Source: Candidatus Aenigmatarchaeota archaeon (lineage in GTDB: Archaea; Aenigmatarchaeota; Aenigmatarchaeia; CG10238-14). From it: 64,000 bases of DNA. Below are positions 9,902 through 19,720 of this stretch, in pieces. The stretch is taken from contig JAWBZR010000003.1 in NCBI GenBank assembly GCA_044343545.1, positions 10,320 through 74,319 on the forward strand, read 5' to 3'. A program made the translations under genes and the position numbers. The notes beneath the pieces are model-generated. The model made no database searches and was not told the origin of the DNA. It saw only the letters and a program-made list of their open reading frames with translations. The number at the start of each line of letters is the position of its first letter. The stretch's first letter is position 1.

Positions 9902-10553
9902 AAAAATGAGGAATATCGATGAAATCATAAAAATATTGAAAAAAGAGACGAAAAAATATATGAAAACTGCCATGAGTCAAATAAAAGAAATAAATGAGAA
10001 TCCTTATATGATATTGATTTCTTGCATCATAAGTCTTAGAACAAGAGATCCTGTGACTATTGAAGCAAGCAAAAAATTATTTTCTCTTGCTAAAACTCCG
10101 GAAGAAATGATAAAAGTTGATGACAAAGAAATAGAAAATGCGATTAGGCCGGCCAATTATTACAAATCAAAGGCAAAAAGAATAAAAGAAATTTCAAGAG
10201 TTTTGGTAGAAAAGTATAACGGAAAGGTTCCAAGCGATTTCGATGAATTAATAAAACTAAAAGGTGTTGGTAGAAAAACGGCAAACATTGTTTTGAGTTA
10301 TGGTTTTAACAAGCATGCGATAGCCGTTGATACCCATGTTCACAGAATTTCTAATAGGCTTGGTTTGGTCAAGACAAGAAAGCCAGAAGAAACAGAAAGG
10401 GAATTGAAAATGATTTTACCAAAAAAATATTGGAAAATATATAATGCTCTTTTGGTCGTGTGGGGGCAAAATGTATGCAAACCAGTAAAACCTATGTGTA
10501 AAGATTGTGCCTTGAAAAATTATTGTGAATATTGGAAAATGAACAAAAACTAA
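9891..10553 (+). CDS. nth: endonuclease III (HhH-GPD DNA glycosylase/AP lyase)
   Basis: HhH-GPD motif LIKLKGVGRKTANIVL. C-terminal 4Fe-4S cluster ligands CKPVKPMCKDCALKNYC. Confidence 0.8.
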   Translation: MKGEKMRNIDEIIKILKKETKKYMKTAMSQIKEINENPYMILISCIISLRTRDPVTIEASKKLFSLAKTPEEMIKVDDKEIENAIRPANYYKSKAKRIKEISRVLVEKYNGKVPSDFDELIKLKGVGRKTANIVLSYGFNKHAIAVDTHVHRISNRLGLVKTRKPEETERELKMILPKKYWKIYNALLVVWGQNVCKPVKPMCKDCALKNYCEYWKMNKN

Positions 10554-11075
10554 TTAAATACTTGGCTCGAAACCTGACTGTATCCAATCTATAATCTTGG
10601 GTTTAAAACAATCATCTATTTTTTTTAATATTTCATTTAGAACTTCTATCTTACTTTTTTCAGAAACGTCTACCTCAAAAAATGTCTTTTTACTTTCCAA
10701 AACCTCGCTGCTAATAATTCCAAGTATTTCAACATCGATGTTTTCTTTAATTTTTGACTGGTTGTTTTTGTATCTTTTTTTAAGCCTTTCAAGCAATATA
10801 TCTGGTCTACATCTTAACACTATAACCAAATCTACATCAAAAAAATGCGAATAGTGAGAATCCAACACATAATTACCTTTCAATTTTTTAACTTCTTTTT
10901 TCAATTTTTTCATATCAATAATTTTTGCTTGCAAGACGTCATCGTAACCATCAAAAGCGTTGATTTTTTCTGCCAGTTCATTTAGATTTATGTATTTCAT
11001 CTTTAGTTTCTTGGCAAGCATTCTAGCTATAGTTGTCTTTCCAACGCCTGGCGTGCCAGTAATTGAAATTTTCAT
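10554..11075 (-). CDS. Fap7/adenylate kinase 6-like NTPase (ribosome biogenesis kinase)
   Basis: Start reassigned to internal ATG at 11075 (MKISITGTPGVGKTT P-loop). The track start at 11186 would overlap rfcS and add a spurious TM. Downstream residues YINLNELAEK..DGYDD and LRCRPDILLERLKKR parallel AK6/Fap7. Confidence 0.6.
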   Translation of the reverse strand: MKISITGTPGVGKTTIARMLAKKLKMKYINLNELAEKINAFDGYDDVLQAKIIDMKKLKKEVKKLKGNYVLDSHYSHFFDVDLVIVLRCRPDILLERLKKRYKNNQSKIKENIDVEILGIISSEVLESKKTFFEVDVSEKSKIEVLNEILKKIDDCFKPKIIDWIQSGFEPSI

Positions 11076-11121
11076 CAAAATTAATTTTGAATTGTTAAAT
11101 ATTAAAAATTGAAATATAATA

Positions 11122-12078
11122 ATGGTTAGTATGGATGTTGTTTGGACCGAAAAGTATAGACCAAAGAGACTTGATGATATCATCAATCAAGCCCACGTTG
11201 TAGAGAGATTAAAAGCTTTTGTTAAAAAGAAAAGTTTACCTCATTGTCTCTTTTCAGGTCCACCAGGAACGGGGAAGACCACGGCTACTTTTGCCTTGGC
11301 ACACGATTTATATGGAGAAAACTGGAAACAAAATTTATTGGAACTTAATGCGAGCGATGAAAGAGGAATAGATGTTATAAGAGGAAAAGTGAAGGATTTC
11401 GCAAAAACAAAACCTATAACAGATGTTCCTTTTAAAATAGTCATGCTAGACGAAGCAGATGCCTTAACAGCAGAAGCACAACATGCATTGAGAAGAACAA
11501 TGGAAGCTTATGCTACGACAACAAGATTTGTTTTGCTTTGCAATTATTCTAGTAAAATAATTGAACCGATACAAAGTAGATGTGCAGTTTTTAGGTTCAA
11601 ACCATTGGGTGAGAGTGATGTCAAAACATTTATCCAAAGAATTGTTACAAATGAAAAATTACAAATAACTGAAGATGGGATTAATGCGATTATAAATCTT
11701 GCTGAAGGTGATTTGAGAAAGGTTGCTAACATACTTCAAGCAGCATCTTCCATAAAAGAAAAAATAACTGAAGATGTTATTTATGATGTGGTTTCTGAAG
11801 CAAAACCAAAAGATGTGAAAGAATTATTAACTTTTGTTTTTAATAGAGATTTCAAAAATTCAAAAAAAATTTTATATAAACTTTTGTATTCTCAAGGTTT
11901 AGCTGCAGAGGATATAATAAAAGAAATGCATAGACAAATATTTGAGATGGAAATTTCTGAAGAAAAAAAATTAGAATCTATAAAACTGTTAGCCGAATAT
12001 GATTTTAGAATTAGCGAAGGTGGAAACGAACTCATACAATTAGAAGCTTTAATAGCTCAAATGATGTTGATAAAGTGA
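11122..12078 (+). CDS. rfcS: replication factor C small subunit
   Basis: RFC box II WTEKYRP; Walker A FSGPPGTGKTT; DEAD box VMLDEADALT; SRC motif QSRCAVFRF. Confidence 0.9.
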   Translation: MVSMDVVWTEKYRPKRLDDIINQAHVVERLKAFVKKKSLPHCLFSGPPGTGKTTATFALAHDLYGENWKQNLLELNASDERGIDVIRGKVKDFAKTKPITDVPFKIVMLDEADALTAEAQHALRRTMEAYATTTRFVLLCNYSSKIIEPIQSRCAVFRFKPLGESDVKTFIQRIVTNEKLQITEDGINAIINLAEGDLRKVANILQAASSIKEKITEDVIYDVVSEAKPKDVKELLTFVFNRDFKNSKKILYKLLYSQGLAAEDIIKEMHRQIFEMEISEEKKLESIKLLAEYDFRISEGGNELIQLEALIAQMMLIK

Positions 12079-12084
12079 ACGGTT

Positions 12085-12729
12085 ATGATGTGGCTTTTTG
12101 AAATATTAAAGAAACGTTCTTGGAAAGTTTACGCATTTATGTTCGGCGTATTTTTGTTTTTCCTTATATTTTCTTACTTTTCATCTCAATATTTAATTGA
12201 AACTGAACCGGAAAAAGTCAAAGAATTTTTGGATCAAATAAGCTCGTCACCATTGATTGTAAAATTCAAAAATCTTCAAAATGAAGGAAAATATGATGAA
12301 ATAGCTTTGTTGATATTCATACATAACTCTCAAATAGCATTAATTAATTACTTTTTTGGTATAGGTTTTGTTTTTTCTGTAATTCTCCAAGCATCGAACG
12401 GATTTCTTTTAGGTTTTCTATTAGGAACATACAACTATTTACATTATCATCCTATTCAAATTCTTGAAATTTTTATTGTGATGATTCTAGAAGTTACGGC
12501 AATAACGGCAATAGCAGTTGAAGGTATGTATTTGACTTATACTTTTATTAGACCGAAAAGAATGTGGAACACGAACAAAAAAATGAAAGCGATTAAAAAA
12601 ACGCTCTCGCAATCTTTGAAAATTATTCTTTTATCGATTTTAATCTTATTAATCTCGGCAATAATAGAAACACTTTTTATATACTATGAAGCATCAAAAA
12701 GTATTGAACCAATAATAATAGGAGTATAG
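12085..12729 (+). CDS. polytopic membrane protein, DUF95/SpoIIM-like
   Basis: 5-6 predicted TM helices. Segment IFIHNSQIALINYFFGIGFVFSVILQASNGFLLGFLLG resembles the HN..NG..G signature of the SpoIIM/DUF95 family. Inserted between rfcS and rfcL. Confidence 0.4.
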   Translation: MMWLFEILKKRSWKVYAFMFGVFLFFLIFSYFSSQYLIETEPEKVKEFLDQISSSPLIVKFKNLQNEGKYDEIALLIFIHNSQIALINYFFGIGFVFSVILQASNGFLLGFLLGTYNYLHYHPIQILEIFIVMILEVTAITAIAVEGMYLTYTFIRPKRMWNTNKKMKAIKKTLSQSLKIILLSILILLISAIIETLFIYYEASKSIEPIIIGV

Positions 12730-12733
12730 ATAT

Positions 12734-13867
12734 ATGTGGGTTCAAAAATATCAACCAAAAAAATTAGATGAAATTGTTGGTCAAGATCTCGCAAAGGAAA
12801 AATTTTTAAAATGGATTGAAAATTGGAAACCTGGAAGTAAGCCTGCCCTTCTATATGGACCTATAGGTGTTGGAAAGACTAGCATGATTTATGCTTACGC
12901 TAAAGAAAAAAACTTGGATGTGATTGAATTAAATGCATCGGATTATAGAACTGCAAAAAAAATTAACGAAGTTATAGGTGCTTCTTTAAAACAAAAATCT
13001 ATATTTAAAAAAGGTAAAATATTTTTGATAGATGAAATAGATGGATTAACATTGGAAGATAAAGGTGGAATTAACGAAATTCTCAAATTAATTAAAGATT
13101 CGCAACATCCAATAGTTTTTATAGCAAACGATGTTTGGAATAAAAAAATTTCGAAAATAAAAGAAATTTGCGTTGAAATTCCTTTTAATTCCATATCTTA
13201 TTGGGACATATTAAAGATTTTAAGAAAAATATGTGAAAGTGAGAAAATAAAACATGATGAAGAGATACTAAAATATATAGCAAAAATATCTTCAGGTGAT
13301 TTGAGGTCAGCTATTAACGATTTGGAAGCCATTTCCTCTGGGAAAAATTCGATAACCATAAAAGATGCTTCCAACATAAGCTTTAGAGAAAGAGAAACAG
13401 AAATTTTTGATGCACTGAAAATTATATTTAAAACTAATAATGTATCGGCTTCGAAAACATCCATACAAAATATTGATAGAGATCTTGAAGAAATTTTTTG
13501 GTGGATAGAAGAAAATATAGCAAATGAATATGAAAAAATAGAAGAAATCGCCTCAGCATATAATATGCTTTCTATTGCCGACATATACCTAAACAGATCA
13601 AAAAGTAAAAGAAATTACAAGCTAATGAAATATTTTATCGATTTTATGACTGCAGGTATCTCTCTATCAAAAAAACAACAATATAAAAAATTTGTAAAAT
13701 ACCAATATCCTACTATGATAAAATTTTTGAGCTTAACAAAAGATTCAAGAAAGGAAGAAAAGGAAAATATACTTGAATTATCTAAAAAATTGCATTGCTC
13801 GACAAGAAAAATAAAGACATATTACCTTCCATTTTTAAAATTTTTATCTCGGGACGATAAAGGATGA
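12734..13867 (+). CDS. rfcL: replication factor C large subunit
   Basis: MWVQKYQPKKLDEIVGQD (RFC box II). Walker A LYGPIGVGKTS. IFLIDEIDG (Walker B). Shortened C-terminal region. Confidence 0.8.
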   Translation: MWVQKYQPKKLDEIVGQDLAKEKFLKWIENWKPGSKPALLYGPIGVGKTSMIYAYAKEKNLDVIELNASDYRTAKKINEVIGASLKQKSIFKKGKIFLIDEIDGLTLEDKGGINEILKLIKDSQHPIVFIANDVWNKKISKIKEICVEIPFNSISYWDILKILRKICESEKIKHDEEILKYIAKISSGDLRSAINDLEAISSGKNSITIKDASNISFRERETEIFDALKIIFKTNNVSASKTSIQNIDRDLEEIFWWIEENIANEYEKIEEIASAYNMLSIADIYLNRSKSKRNYKLMKYFIDFMTAGISLSKKQQYKKFVKYQYPTMIKFLSLTKDSRKEEKENILELSKKLHCSTRKIKTYYLPFLKFLSRDDKG

Positions 13868-14233
13868 TGAAAGACTTACTCTATGAGAGTATAAAGATAT
13901 ATTAAAACTCACTTCGGTTGTTGTGTTATCATATTCAATGAAAATTATATAACCATTCTCCCTCGCTACTTTTTCCGTATAATTTTTGAACTCATATAAA
14001 TTTCGAATCAAATCGTTTGGATTATTTTGTTGAGTAATTTTTACAGTTTTAATAGCATTTTCTCTTACATTATTAAAGAAAAATATTTCGGGTAATGAAG
14101 CATACTTGGATGTATCAACAAAACTATAAGGGTTAATGTATTTGCCTAATATATAGAAAAGGCCTGCAAGTATTACGGCCATTAATATAAAAAACTGTGC
14201 TTTATTGGATATATTGGGCATGAGGTACACCAC
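13844..14233 (-). CDS. hypothetical N-terminally anchored membrane protein
   Basis: N-terminal TM FFILMAVILAGLFYILG; no other motif. Confidence 0.3.
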   Translation of the reverse strand: MVYLMPNISNKAQFFILMAVILAGLFYILGKYINPYSFVDTSKYASLPEIFFFNNVRENAIKTVKITQQNNPNDLIRNLYEFKNYTEKVARENGYIIFIEYDNTTTEVSFNISLYSHRVSLSSSFIVPR

Positions 14234-14492
14234 TAATTATGATTATGTTTTCTTCTGCAATATATTTTTTCTTTATAGCCAAAGAAACTATTCTTTCACC
14301 AACCAAGTTTCCTATATTTGAATTTTCAAGAAGATTTAAAGCTTCATCTTCATTTATTATTTTTCCTCCATAAAATTTTCTACTTATGTGAAACTTTGTA
14401 TCCTCAAAATCAAGAGTTTTTTCTATTAATTCCTCATCACATATCGCAACAACTATTTGATCTTTTACCTTGTAAACTTTCGACCAAAACAT
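14202..14492 (-). CDS. DUF424 (COG2412)-like conserved archaeal protein
   Basis: MFWSKVYKVKDQIVVAICDEELIEK..NLVGERIVSLAIKKKYIAEENIIIISGVPHAQ matches the conserved DUF424 pattern (VAxCDxELLG ... GVPHAQ). Confidence 0.45.
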   Translation of the reverse strand: MFWSKVYKVKDQIVVAICDEELIEKTLDFEDTKFHISRKFYGGKIINEDEALNLLENSNIGNLVGERIVSLAIKKKYIAEENIIIISGVPHAQYIQ

Positions 14493-14533
14493 TAAATAAA
14501 ATTTTGGAAAAAAATATTAAAATTGATTTATGG

Positions 14534-16915
14534 CTATATTGCTGTTACTCGTGTGATTTGACTATATTCATCTTCATCTTTATTTCTATGAATCCTATAA
14601 ATTTCTCCCGTAGCAGCAGCCTCTAAATGAGGATTATGGGTTATTATAAATACTTGACTAACAAATTCTTTTATTCTATCTCTTAAAGCATCGGCCATTT
14701 GTAACACGGATTTTTCATCCAAACTTTCGGTGGGTTCATCAAGTATCAACCAATTAAGATGAGGTACTAACACTATAGAGAATGCTATCCTTAGTGCTAA
14801 GCAAGCCATTCTGCTTTCTCCGCCAGACAAATTTTCTACATCTACCCATTCTCTTTTCTTATTTAACAATTGTAACATATAATTTCCATCTTCGACGGCC
14901 ATCCTTATATCTACATAATCTCCATAAGGATATAATTCTTGCCATATTTCAGACATCTTGTTGTTGACCGATTCGATAAATTCAATCCTTAACTCAGATT
15001 GTGTTTTCTGTAAAGCTTCCTCGAAAGCATTTAAATTTTTAATAGCTTTTTCCAGCTTTAGCATATAATTTTTTTGAGAAATAACTTTTTCAAATTCAAA
15101 TTTTAATTTCTCCAAGAGATTTTTTCTATCATTCAAGCTTTTAACTTTCTCTTCATAAAGAGTTTTTTTCTTTATTAGCATATCTCTTGAGTTTTCATAC
15201 TCTCTTTTCAAATCGTCATAATTTAATTTATTTAGCAAGCTCTCATACTCTATTTTTTTGTTTTCTTCAAAATTTATTTCGCTCATTATTTTTTCGATAT
15301 CCGCTTTCAAGTCTTCAAGTTCTTTCGCTTTTTCAATTAAACTTTGAACTTGCAACATTTTAGCTTTTGCCTGATCTATTTGCTTCTCCAGTCTTTGCAA
15401 ATTATCTTTGCTCGTCGTTAAATTAGAATCTAATTCCAAAAGTATGTTTTCAAAATTTTTTATCTTGCTTTCATTTTCTTCATATTCTTTTAACAACTCT
15501 TCTTTTTTATCTAAATATACCTTCGCTTCTTCCATTTTTTTCGCATCAGACTCTATCTTTTCTATCTCCAACTCTAAATTTTTCTTTTCATTTTTCTTAA
15601 CTTCCAATTCACTTGATATTTTTTGAATTTCTTCTTTTTTATGAATCAATAACTGATGTTTGTTTTCTTTAGATATTAGCGAACCACAAACAGGACATTT
15701 GTTTTCTGTTTTTTCAAGTTGTGAAAATATGTTATCAACATCTTGTTTTTTATATTCTAAAAAAGAAATTTCTGAGTTTAAATCTTCTAACTTTTTTCTT
15801 TTTTCTTTAATAATATCTCTCACATTTTCTCCATAAATGGATAAAAGACTGTTAAAAACATTTATATGTTTCTCTATATTTTTCAATTCTCTCTCAATAT
15901 CAGCATTTCTATTTTTAAGTATTTTGCAATTGTTTTCGTTTTTGATCTTTTCTGAGAAAATTTTTTCATACATACTTTTTTCTTCAACAAATTCTTTTTC
16001 GTATATTTTCAACTCTTCAAAATATGTTTTATTTTTTTCGTTCATTTTTGCTATATCTTCGTTTTCTAACATTTTCATTAATTTCTCTTTCCTTTCAAGT
16101 TTTTCACTCAAAATTTTCTTTAAGCCTTTCAATCTCTCCATCAATCTCTCCAACTCAAATTTTTTTTCTTCAACTTCCTTTAATTTTACCTGTTTTTCTT
16201 CAACAATCAATTTCAATTCTTCTATATTTTTTAAAATGTTGTTAATTTCAATTTCATCAGCACTTATTTTTGCAGACAAATCATCAATTTCTCTTTTTTT
16301 ACCCTCTATATCTTCTTCAGACAGGATTCTTTGCAAACTTGACTTTTCAGCCTCCATTTTTGTTCTCAAATTCACCGTAGCTGATCTTGCTCTCTCAAAA
16401 TCATCTATTCGAAGCAAATTATCTATTTTTTTAGCTCTCTCACTTGGTGAAAGTCTTATGAAATAATCTATATTATTTTGTTCAGAATATATTGCCCTGC
16501 TAAACAATTCATAATCTACTTTTAATATTTTTTCTATAGCTTCAGTGACCCTCCTAGTATTTGGTCCTTCTATCAACTTATATTCTACATTCTCTCTCTT
16601 TCTCAGCTCTGAATATGTCGTGCCTTTATCCCTTTCAATAACTCTATAAACTGAATAGTCTTTACCTTCATAAGAAAATTCTAGTTCAACCCTAGCTTCA
16701 TTTAGCTTTATTGGTTTATTAGTAATCATATCCTCCAAATTTTGCTTTCTCGATTGAACTTTCGGTAAAGTTCCGAATAAAGCAAAAGAAATGGCATCCA
16801 TAATAGAACTTTTACCTGCACCGTTTATGCCAACAATCACATTAGTTCCGTCACTAAACTCAAGAACATTATCTTTATGCATTTTCCAATTAACCAACCT
16901 TATTCTCTTTATCAT
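14534..16915 (-). CDS. rad50: Rad50 DNA double-strand break repair ATPase
   Basis: N-terminal Walker A VGINGAGKSS. Long coiled coil with central CPVCG zinc hook. C-terminal signature LSGGESRMACLALR and Walker B LILDEPTESLD. Confidence 0.9.
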   Translation of the reverse strand: MIKRIRLVNWKMHKDNVLEFSDGTNVIVGINGAGKSSIMDAISFALFGTLPKVQSRKQNLEDMITNKPIKLNEARVELEFSYEGKDYSVYRVIERDKGTTYSELRKRENVEYKLIEGPNTRRVTEAIEKILKVDYELFSRAIYSEQNNIDYFIRLSPSERAKKIDNLLRIDDFERARSATVNLRTKMEAEKSSLQRILSEEDIEGKKREIDDLSAKISADEIEINNILKNIEELKLIVEEKQVKLKEVEEKKFELERLMERLKGLKKILSEKLERKEKLMKMLENEDIAKMNEKNKTYFEELKIYEKEFVEEKSMYEKIFSEKIKNENNCKILKNRNADIERELKNIEKHINVFNSLLSIYGENVRDIIKEKRKKLEDLNSEISFLEYKKQDVDNIFSQLEKTENKCPVCGSLISKENKHQLLIHKKEEIQKISSELEVKKNEKKNLELEIEKIESDAKKMEEAKVYLDKKEELLKEYEENESKIKNFENILLELDSNLTTSKDNLQRLEKQIDQAKAKMLQVQSLIEKAKELEDLKADIEKIMSEINFEENKKIEYESLLNKLNYDDLKREYENSRDMLIKKKTLYEEKVKSLNDRKNLLEKLKFEFEKVISQKNYMLKLEKAIKNLNAFEEALQKTQSELRIEFIESVNNKMSEIWQELYPYGDYVDIRMAVEDGNYMLQLLNKKREWVDVENLSGGESRMACLALRIAFSIVLVPHLNWLILDEPTESLDEKSVLQMADALRDRIKEFVSQVFIITHNPHLEAAATGEIYRIHRNKDEDEYSQITRVTAI

Positions 16916-17535
16916 ATCTTTACACCCAACTTTTTAAGGTCTAACAATAACTGTTTTGGATTCTTATAAACTATGCCATTTATTCCCAACTTGATTGCTG
17001 CCTCTACGTTTTTCTTCTTGTCATCTATGAATATGCATTCTTTCGGTTTTGCATTGATTCTTTCAAGCATCATGATGTAAATTTCTTTATTAGGTTTAGA
17101 TATTCCAACATCGCAAGAATTTATAACTACATCAAAATATTTGTAAAAATCATATTTTTTGTTAATCTCTTCGAGCCATGCATTATTGTTTGTCAAAAGT
17201 CCAAGCTTATAATTTTTTTTAAGATTTTTTATGATGTTTATCACGGGCTCTATAGGCTTGTTTAAGGATATTATTTCTTTTTTTAATTCAGTTTCATCAA
17301 AATCGTAACCCGTTACCTTTTTTATCTTCTTCCAAAACACACTTTCACTTATTTTACCCAAATTAAATTCTTCTACAAGCATCCTTATTTTTTTTCTCTT
17401 TTTAAAATTAAGCAAAAGTGAAAGGATCTTTATCTTTGAAATTTTTGAATTAAACAAAGCTTCTAACAAAAGTTGATTTGTTGTGCCGGGATAAAAACAA
17501 ACACCGCCAAAATCAAATATTATCGCTTTTATCAT
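16912..17535 (-). CDS. HAD-superfamily hydrolase
   Basis: Motif I MIKAIIFDFGGV (DxD nucleophile). Motif III/IV region FIDDKKKNVEAA. Overlaps mre11 (23 nt) and rad50 (4 nt), so it sits inside the mre11-rad50 operon. Confidence 0.7.
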   Translation of the reverse strand: MIKAIIFDFGGVCFYPGTTNQLLLEALFNSKISKIKILSLLLNFKKRKKIRMLVEEFNLGKISESVFWKKIKKVTGYDFDETELKKEIISLNKPIEPVINIIKNLKKNYKLGLLTNNNAWLEEINKKYDFYKYFDVVINSCDVGISKPNKEIYIMMLERINAKPKECIFIDDKKKNVEAAIKLGINGIVYKNPKQLLLDLKKLGVKI

Positions 17536-18730
17536 CCACCAATCCCTCCAAAATAAGTTTCTTAGCTTTCTCTAAATCTCCGCCAGACATGTAACTGTAT
17601 AATTGCAAAAAATCAATTTTATCATCAAAACCTACTTTTCTTATATTTTCTTCCAAAATTTTTATTCCCAATTCTTCAATTGAAATTTTAGATTCTCTCG
17701 CTTCTCTAAGAATTTGAACCTTTTTTTCTAGAAACTCTCCAGTCAACTCTTTAGAATATTTTATTATAAATTCATTAGAATATTCGTCTATTATATTTTT
17801 CATATCCTTATCAACGCTCAAAAGTCTGTTGTATTTAAGTTTTATTTTGAACAGAGGTTTCTTCTGATAGTTTCCTCTATGCTTTTCTATAACTTCCTTT
17901 ATTTGCTCTCCTATACTTCTCTCCTCTTTTATTTCAATTTCTTCATATATGAACTTTCTTTGACCCTTTATAGGTTCAAATTCCACTTTTTCTTCTGGAA
18001 GCAAGAGTTTATAAATGCCCTTTTCAGCCTGCTCCTCTTTTTTAGCTTGCGTGACGATTGTACTACCAGCAAGGATTATTTTCTTATCACCGATTTTTTC
18101 AAACCTCGAAGAATGAATATGACCGTTAATTATGAGATCAAAACCTTCCGGCAAAGAGTCGATTGTGAGAGTGGACGGTTCTGCAGGCGAATATATAAAT
18201 GGCACAATGTTTTGATGAAGCAAGAGTATATTATAGCATCCTTCTTTAGGTTGAGGTGACCATTCTTCTAAAATTTGTGAAGCATATCTTTCTGGCACAC
18301 CAGACATGCCTTGAATTGCCACTTTTATGCCATTTTTTTCGAAAATCAGACCATTCTTGTGTAAGTGATATAGCAATCCTGCTGACTCTAGAAGTTGTAC
18401 AGCATTATATTGTTCCCTTCCGACCCTTTCATGCGTTCCGTGTAGAGCTATGACAGGTATACCTTCGTGTTGTTTGACAACATTCTTTTTAATAGATTCG
18501 AACAATCTTGTCTCGGTTTTAACGGTTGATGGTATTGAAAATATTTGAACGGCCCTTGTTAATATATCTGGCTTTGGAAATCTGTTATCAAATATATCAC
18601 CACACACTATTATTAGGTCGCTATCTAGGCTTTGTTCCATTGCTTGTCTTGCCTGCTCAAAACTATCGTTTTCAAGTGGTGTATTTAGGGCAAAACCCAG
18701 ATGTAAATCAGAAAATATGGAAATTTTCAT
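17513..18730 (-). CDS. mre11: Mre11 nuclease (calcineurin-like phosphoesterase)
   Basis: Phosphoesterase motifs I-IV: ISIFSDLHLG, CGDIFD, GTHE, and GHIH in INGHIHSS. Confidence 0.85.
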   Translation of the reverse strand: MKISIFSDLHLGFALNTPLENDSFEQARQAMEQSLDSDLIIVCGDIFDNRFPKPDILTRAVQIFSIPSTVKTETRLFESIKKNVVKQHEGIPVIALHGTHERVGREQYNAVQLLESAGLLYHLHKNGLIFEKNGIKVAIQGMSGVPERYASQILEEWSPQPKEGCYNILLLHQNIVPFIYSPAEPSTLTIDSLPEGFDLIINGHIHSSRFEKIGDKKIILAGSTIVTQAKKEEQAEKGIYKLLLPEEKVEFEPIKGQRKFIYEEIEIKEERSIGEQIKEVIEKHRGNYQKKPLFKIKLKYNRLLSVDKDMKNIIDEYSNEFIIKYSKELTGEFLEKKVQILREARESKISIEELGIKILEENIRKVGFDDKIDFLQLYSYMSGGDLEKAKKLILEGLVDDKSDNI

Positions 18731-18805
18731 GATTAATTTGTATCAAAATAAAAAGATTAATTTTTGCACTTATTGCTTTTAAAAACAAAAAACCATATAT
18801 TGTTT

Positions 18806-19720
18806 ATGTTAAAAGATTTCTTAAGTATAAATGACATAAAAAGGGAAGAAATTTTGGATTTGTTCAAATTAACAGACAAGGTGAAAAAACATCCATACTC
18901 TGACGTGCTGAAAAATAAAATTTTTTGCTTATATTTTGAAAAACCTTCAATCAAAACAAAAATATCTTTTGAATCTGGAATAAAACAGTTGGGTGGCGAA
19001 GTTGTTTTTATCGAGAAAAATCAAATGCTGAAAGAATTACTTGAAGATTTAATAAGAACTTTGGAAAGATATGTTCATGTAATAGTTGCAAAGGATTTTT
19101 CTCAAAAAGATTTGGAATTAATGTCCAAGATGTCAAAAATAAACATTATTAATGCCTCATCTGACTTGGAAGACCCCTGTCAAGCTTTAGCAGATATTTA
19201 TACAATAAGAGAAAAATTCGGTACATTTAAAGATATAAAATTAGCTTTTTTAGGTAATGGATGTGATAATGTCTTACATTCGCTTCTCTTAGCTGCGACA
19301 AAACTTGGTATACATGTAAATATAGCTTGTCCTGAAGGATTTGAACCTAATAAGGAAGTGTTAGAAAGAGCACAAACTCAAGCAAAAATAAGTGGAAGTA
19401 AGGTTTCGGTGGTGAGAGATCCTCAAAAAGCTGTGAAAGATGCTCACGTAATTTATACTAGTAACCAAGAAGGAAAAACTACAAAAAAACTCTTACCGAA
19501 ATATCGCATTACACAAAAACTTTTGGATAAAGTTGGAAGTGCTCTTTTCATGCACTCTTTACCTGCTTATAGAGGGGAAGAAGTTGATGAAAAAGTTATA
19601 GATGATATTAGGTCGATAGTTTTTGAGCAAGCAGAAAATAGATTGCATGTACAAAAAGCATTGATTCTTAAGATATTGGGTTTGGATAAAATTTATAATT
19701 TAAAATTTTTGATGGATTGA
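18806..19720 (+). CDS. aspartate/ornithine carbamoyltransferase-family protein with substituted catalytic motifs
   Basis: ATCase/OTCase fold landmarks are present (DPCQALADIYTIREKFG; LAFLGNGCDNVLHSLLLAATKLG; HSLPAYRGEEV). However STRTR is SIKTK, HPxQ is DPCQ, HCLP is HSLP and SMG is SNQ. Start moved to internal ATG at 18806. Confidence 0.55.
   Translation: MLKDFLSINDIKREEILDLFKLTDKVKKHPYSDVLKNKIFCLYFEKPSIKTKISFESGIKQLGGEVVFIEKNQMLKELLEDLIRTLERYVHVIVAKDFSQKDLELMSKMSKINIINASSDLEDPCQALADIYTIREKFGTFKDIKLAFLGNGCDNVLHSLLLAATKLGIHVNIACPEGFEPNKEVLERAQTQAKISGSKVSVVRDPQKAVKDAHVIYTSNQEGKTTKKLLPKYRITQKLLDKVGSALFMHSLPAYRGEEVDEKVIDDIRSIVFEQAENRLHVQKALILKILGLDKIYNLKFLMD

Noticed and set aside
10554-11186. 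Track ORF start for the Fap7-like kinase at 11186, giving an N-terminal TM segment
   Set aside because: That start would overlap rfcS by 65 nt and prepend a hydrophobic peptide to a soluble P-loop kinase. The internal ATG directly preceding the P-loop is the more plausible start.
15408-16466. Plus-strand ORFs (72, 209, 73 aa) rich in Phe/Ser/Ile lying opposite rad50
   Set aside because: They are antisense to the well-supported rad50 coiled-coil region. They have low-complexity composition typical of reverse-strand translation of Lys/Glu-rich coding sequence.
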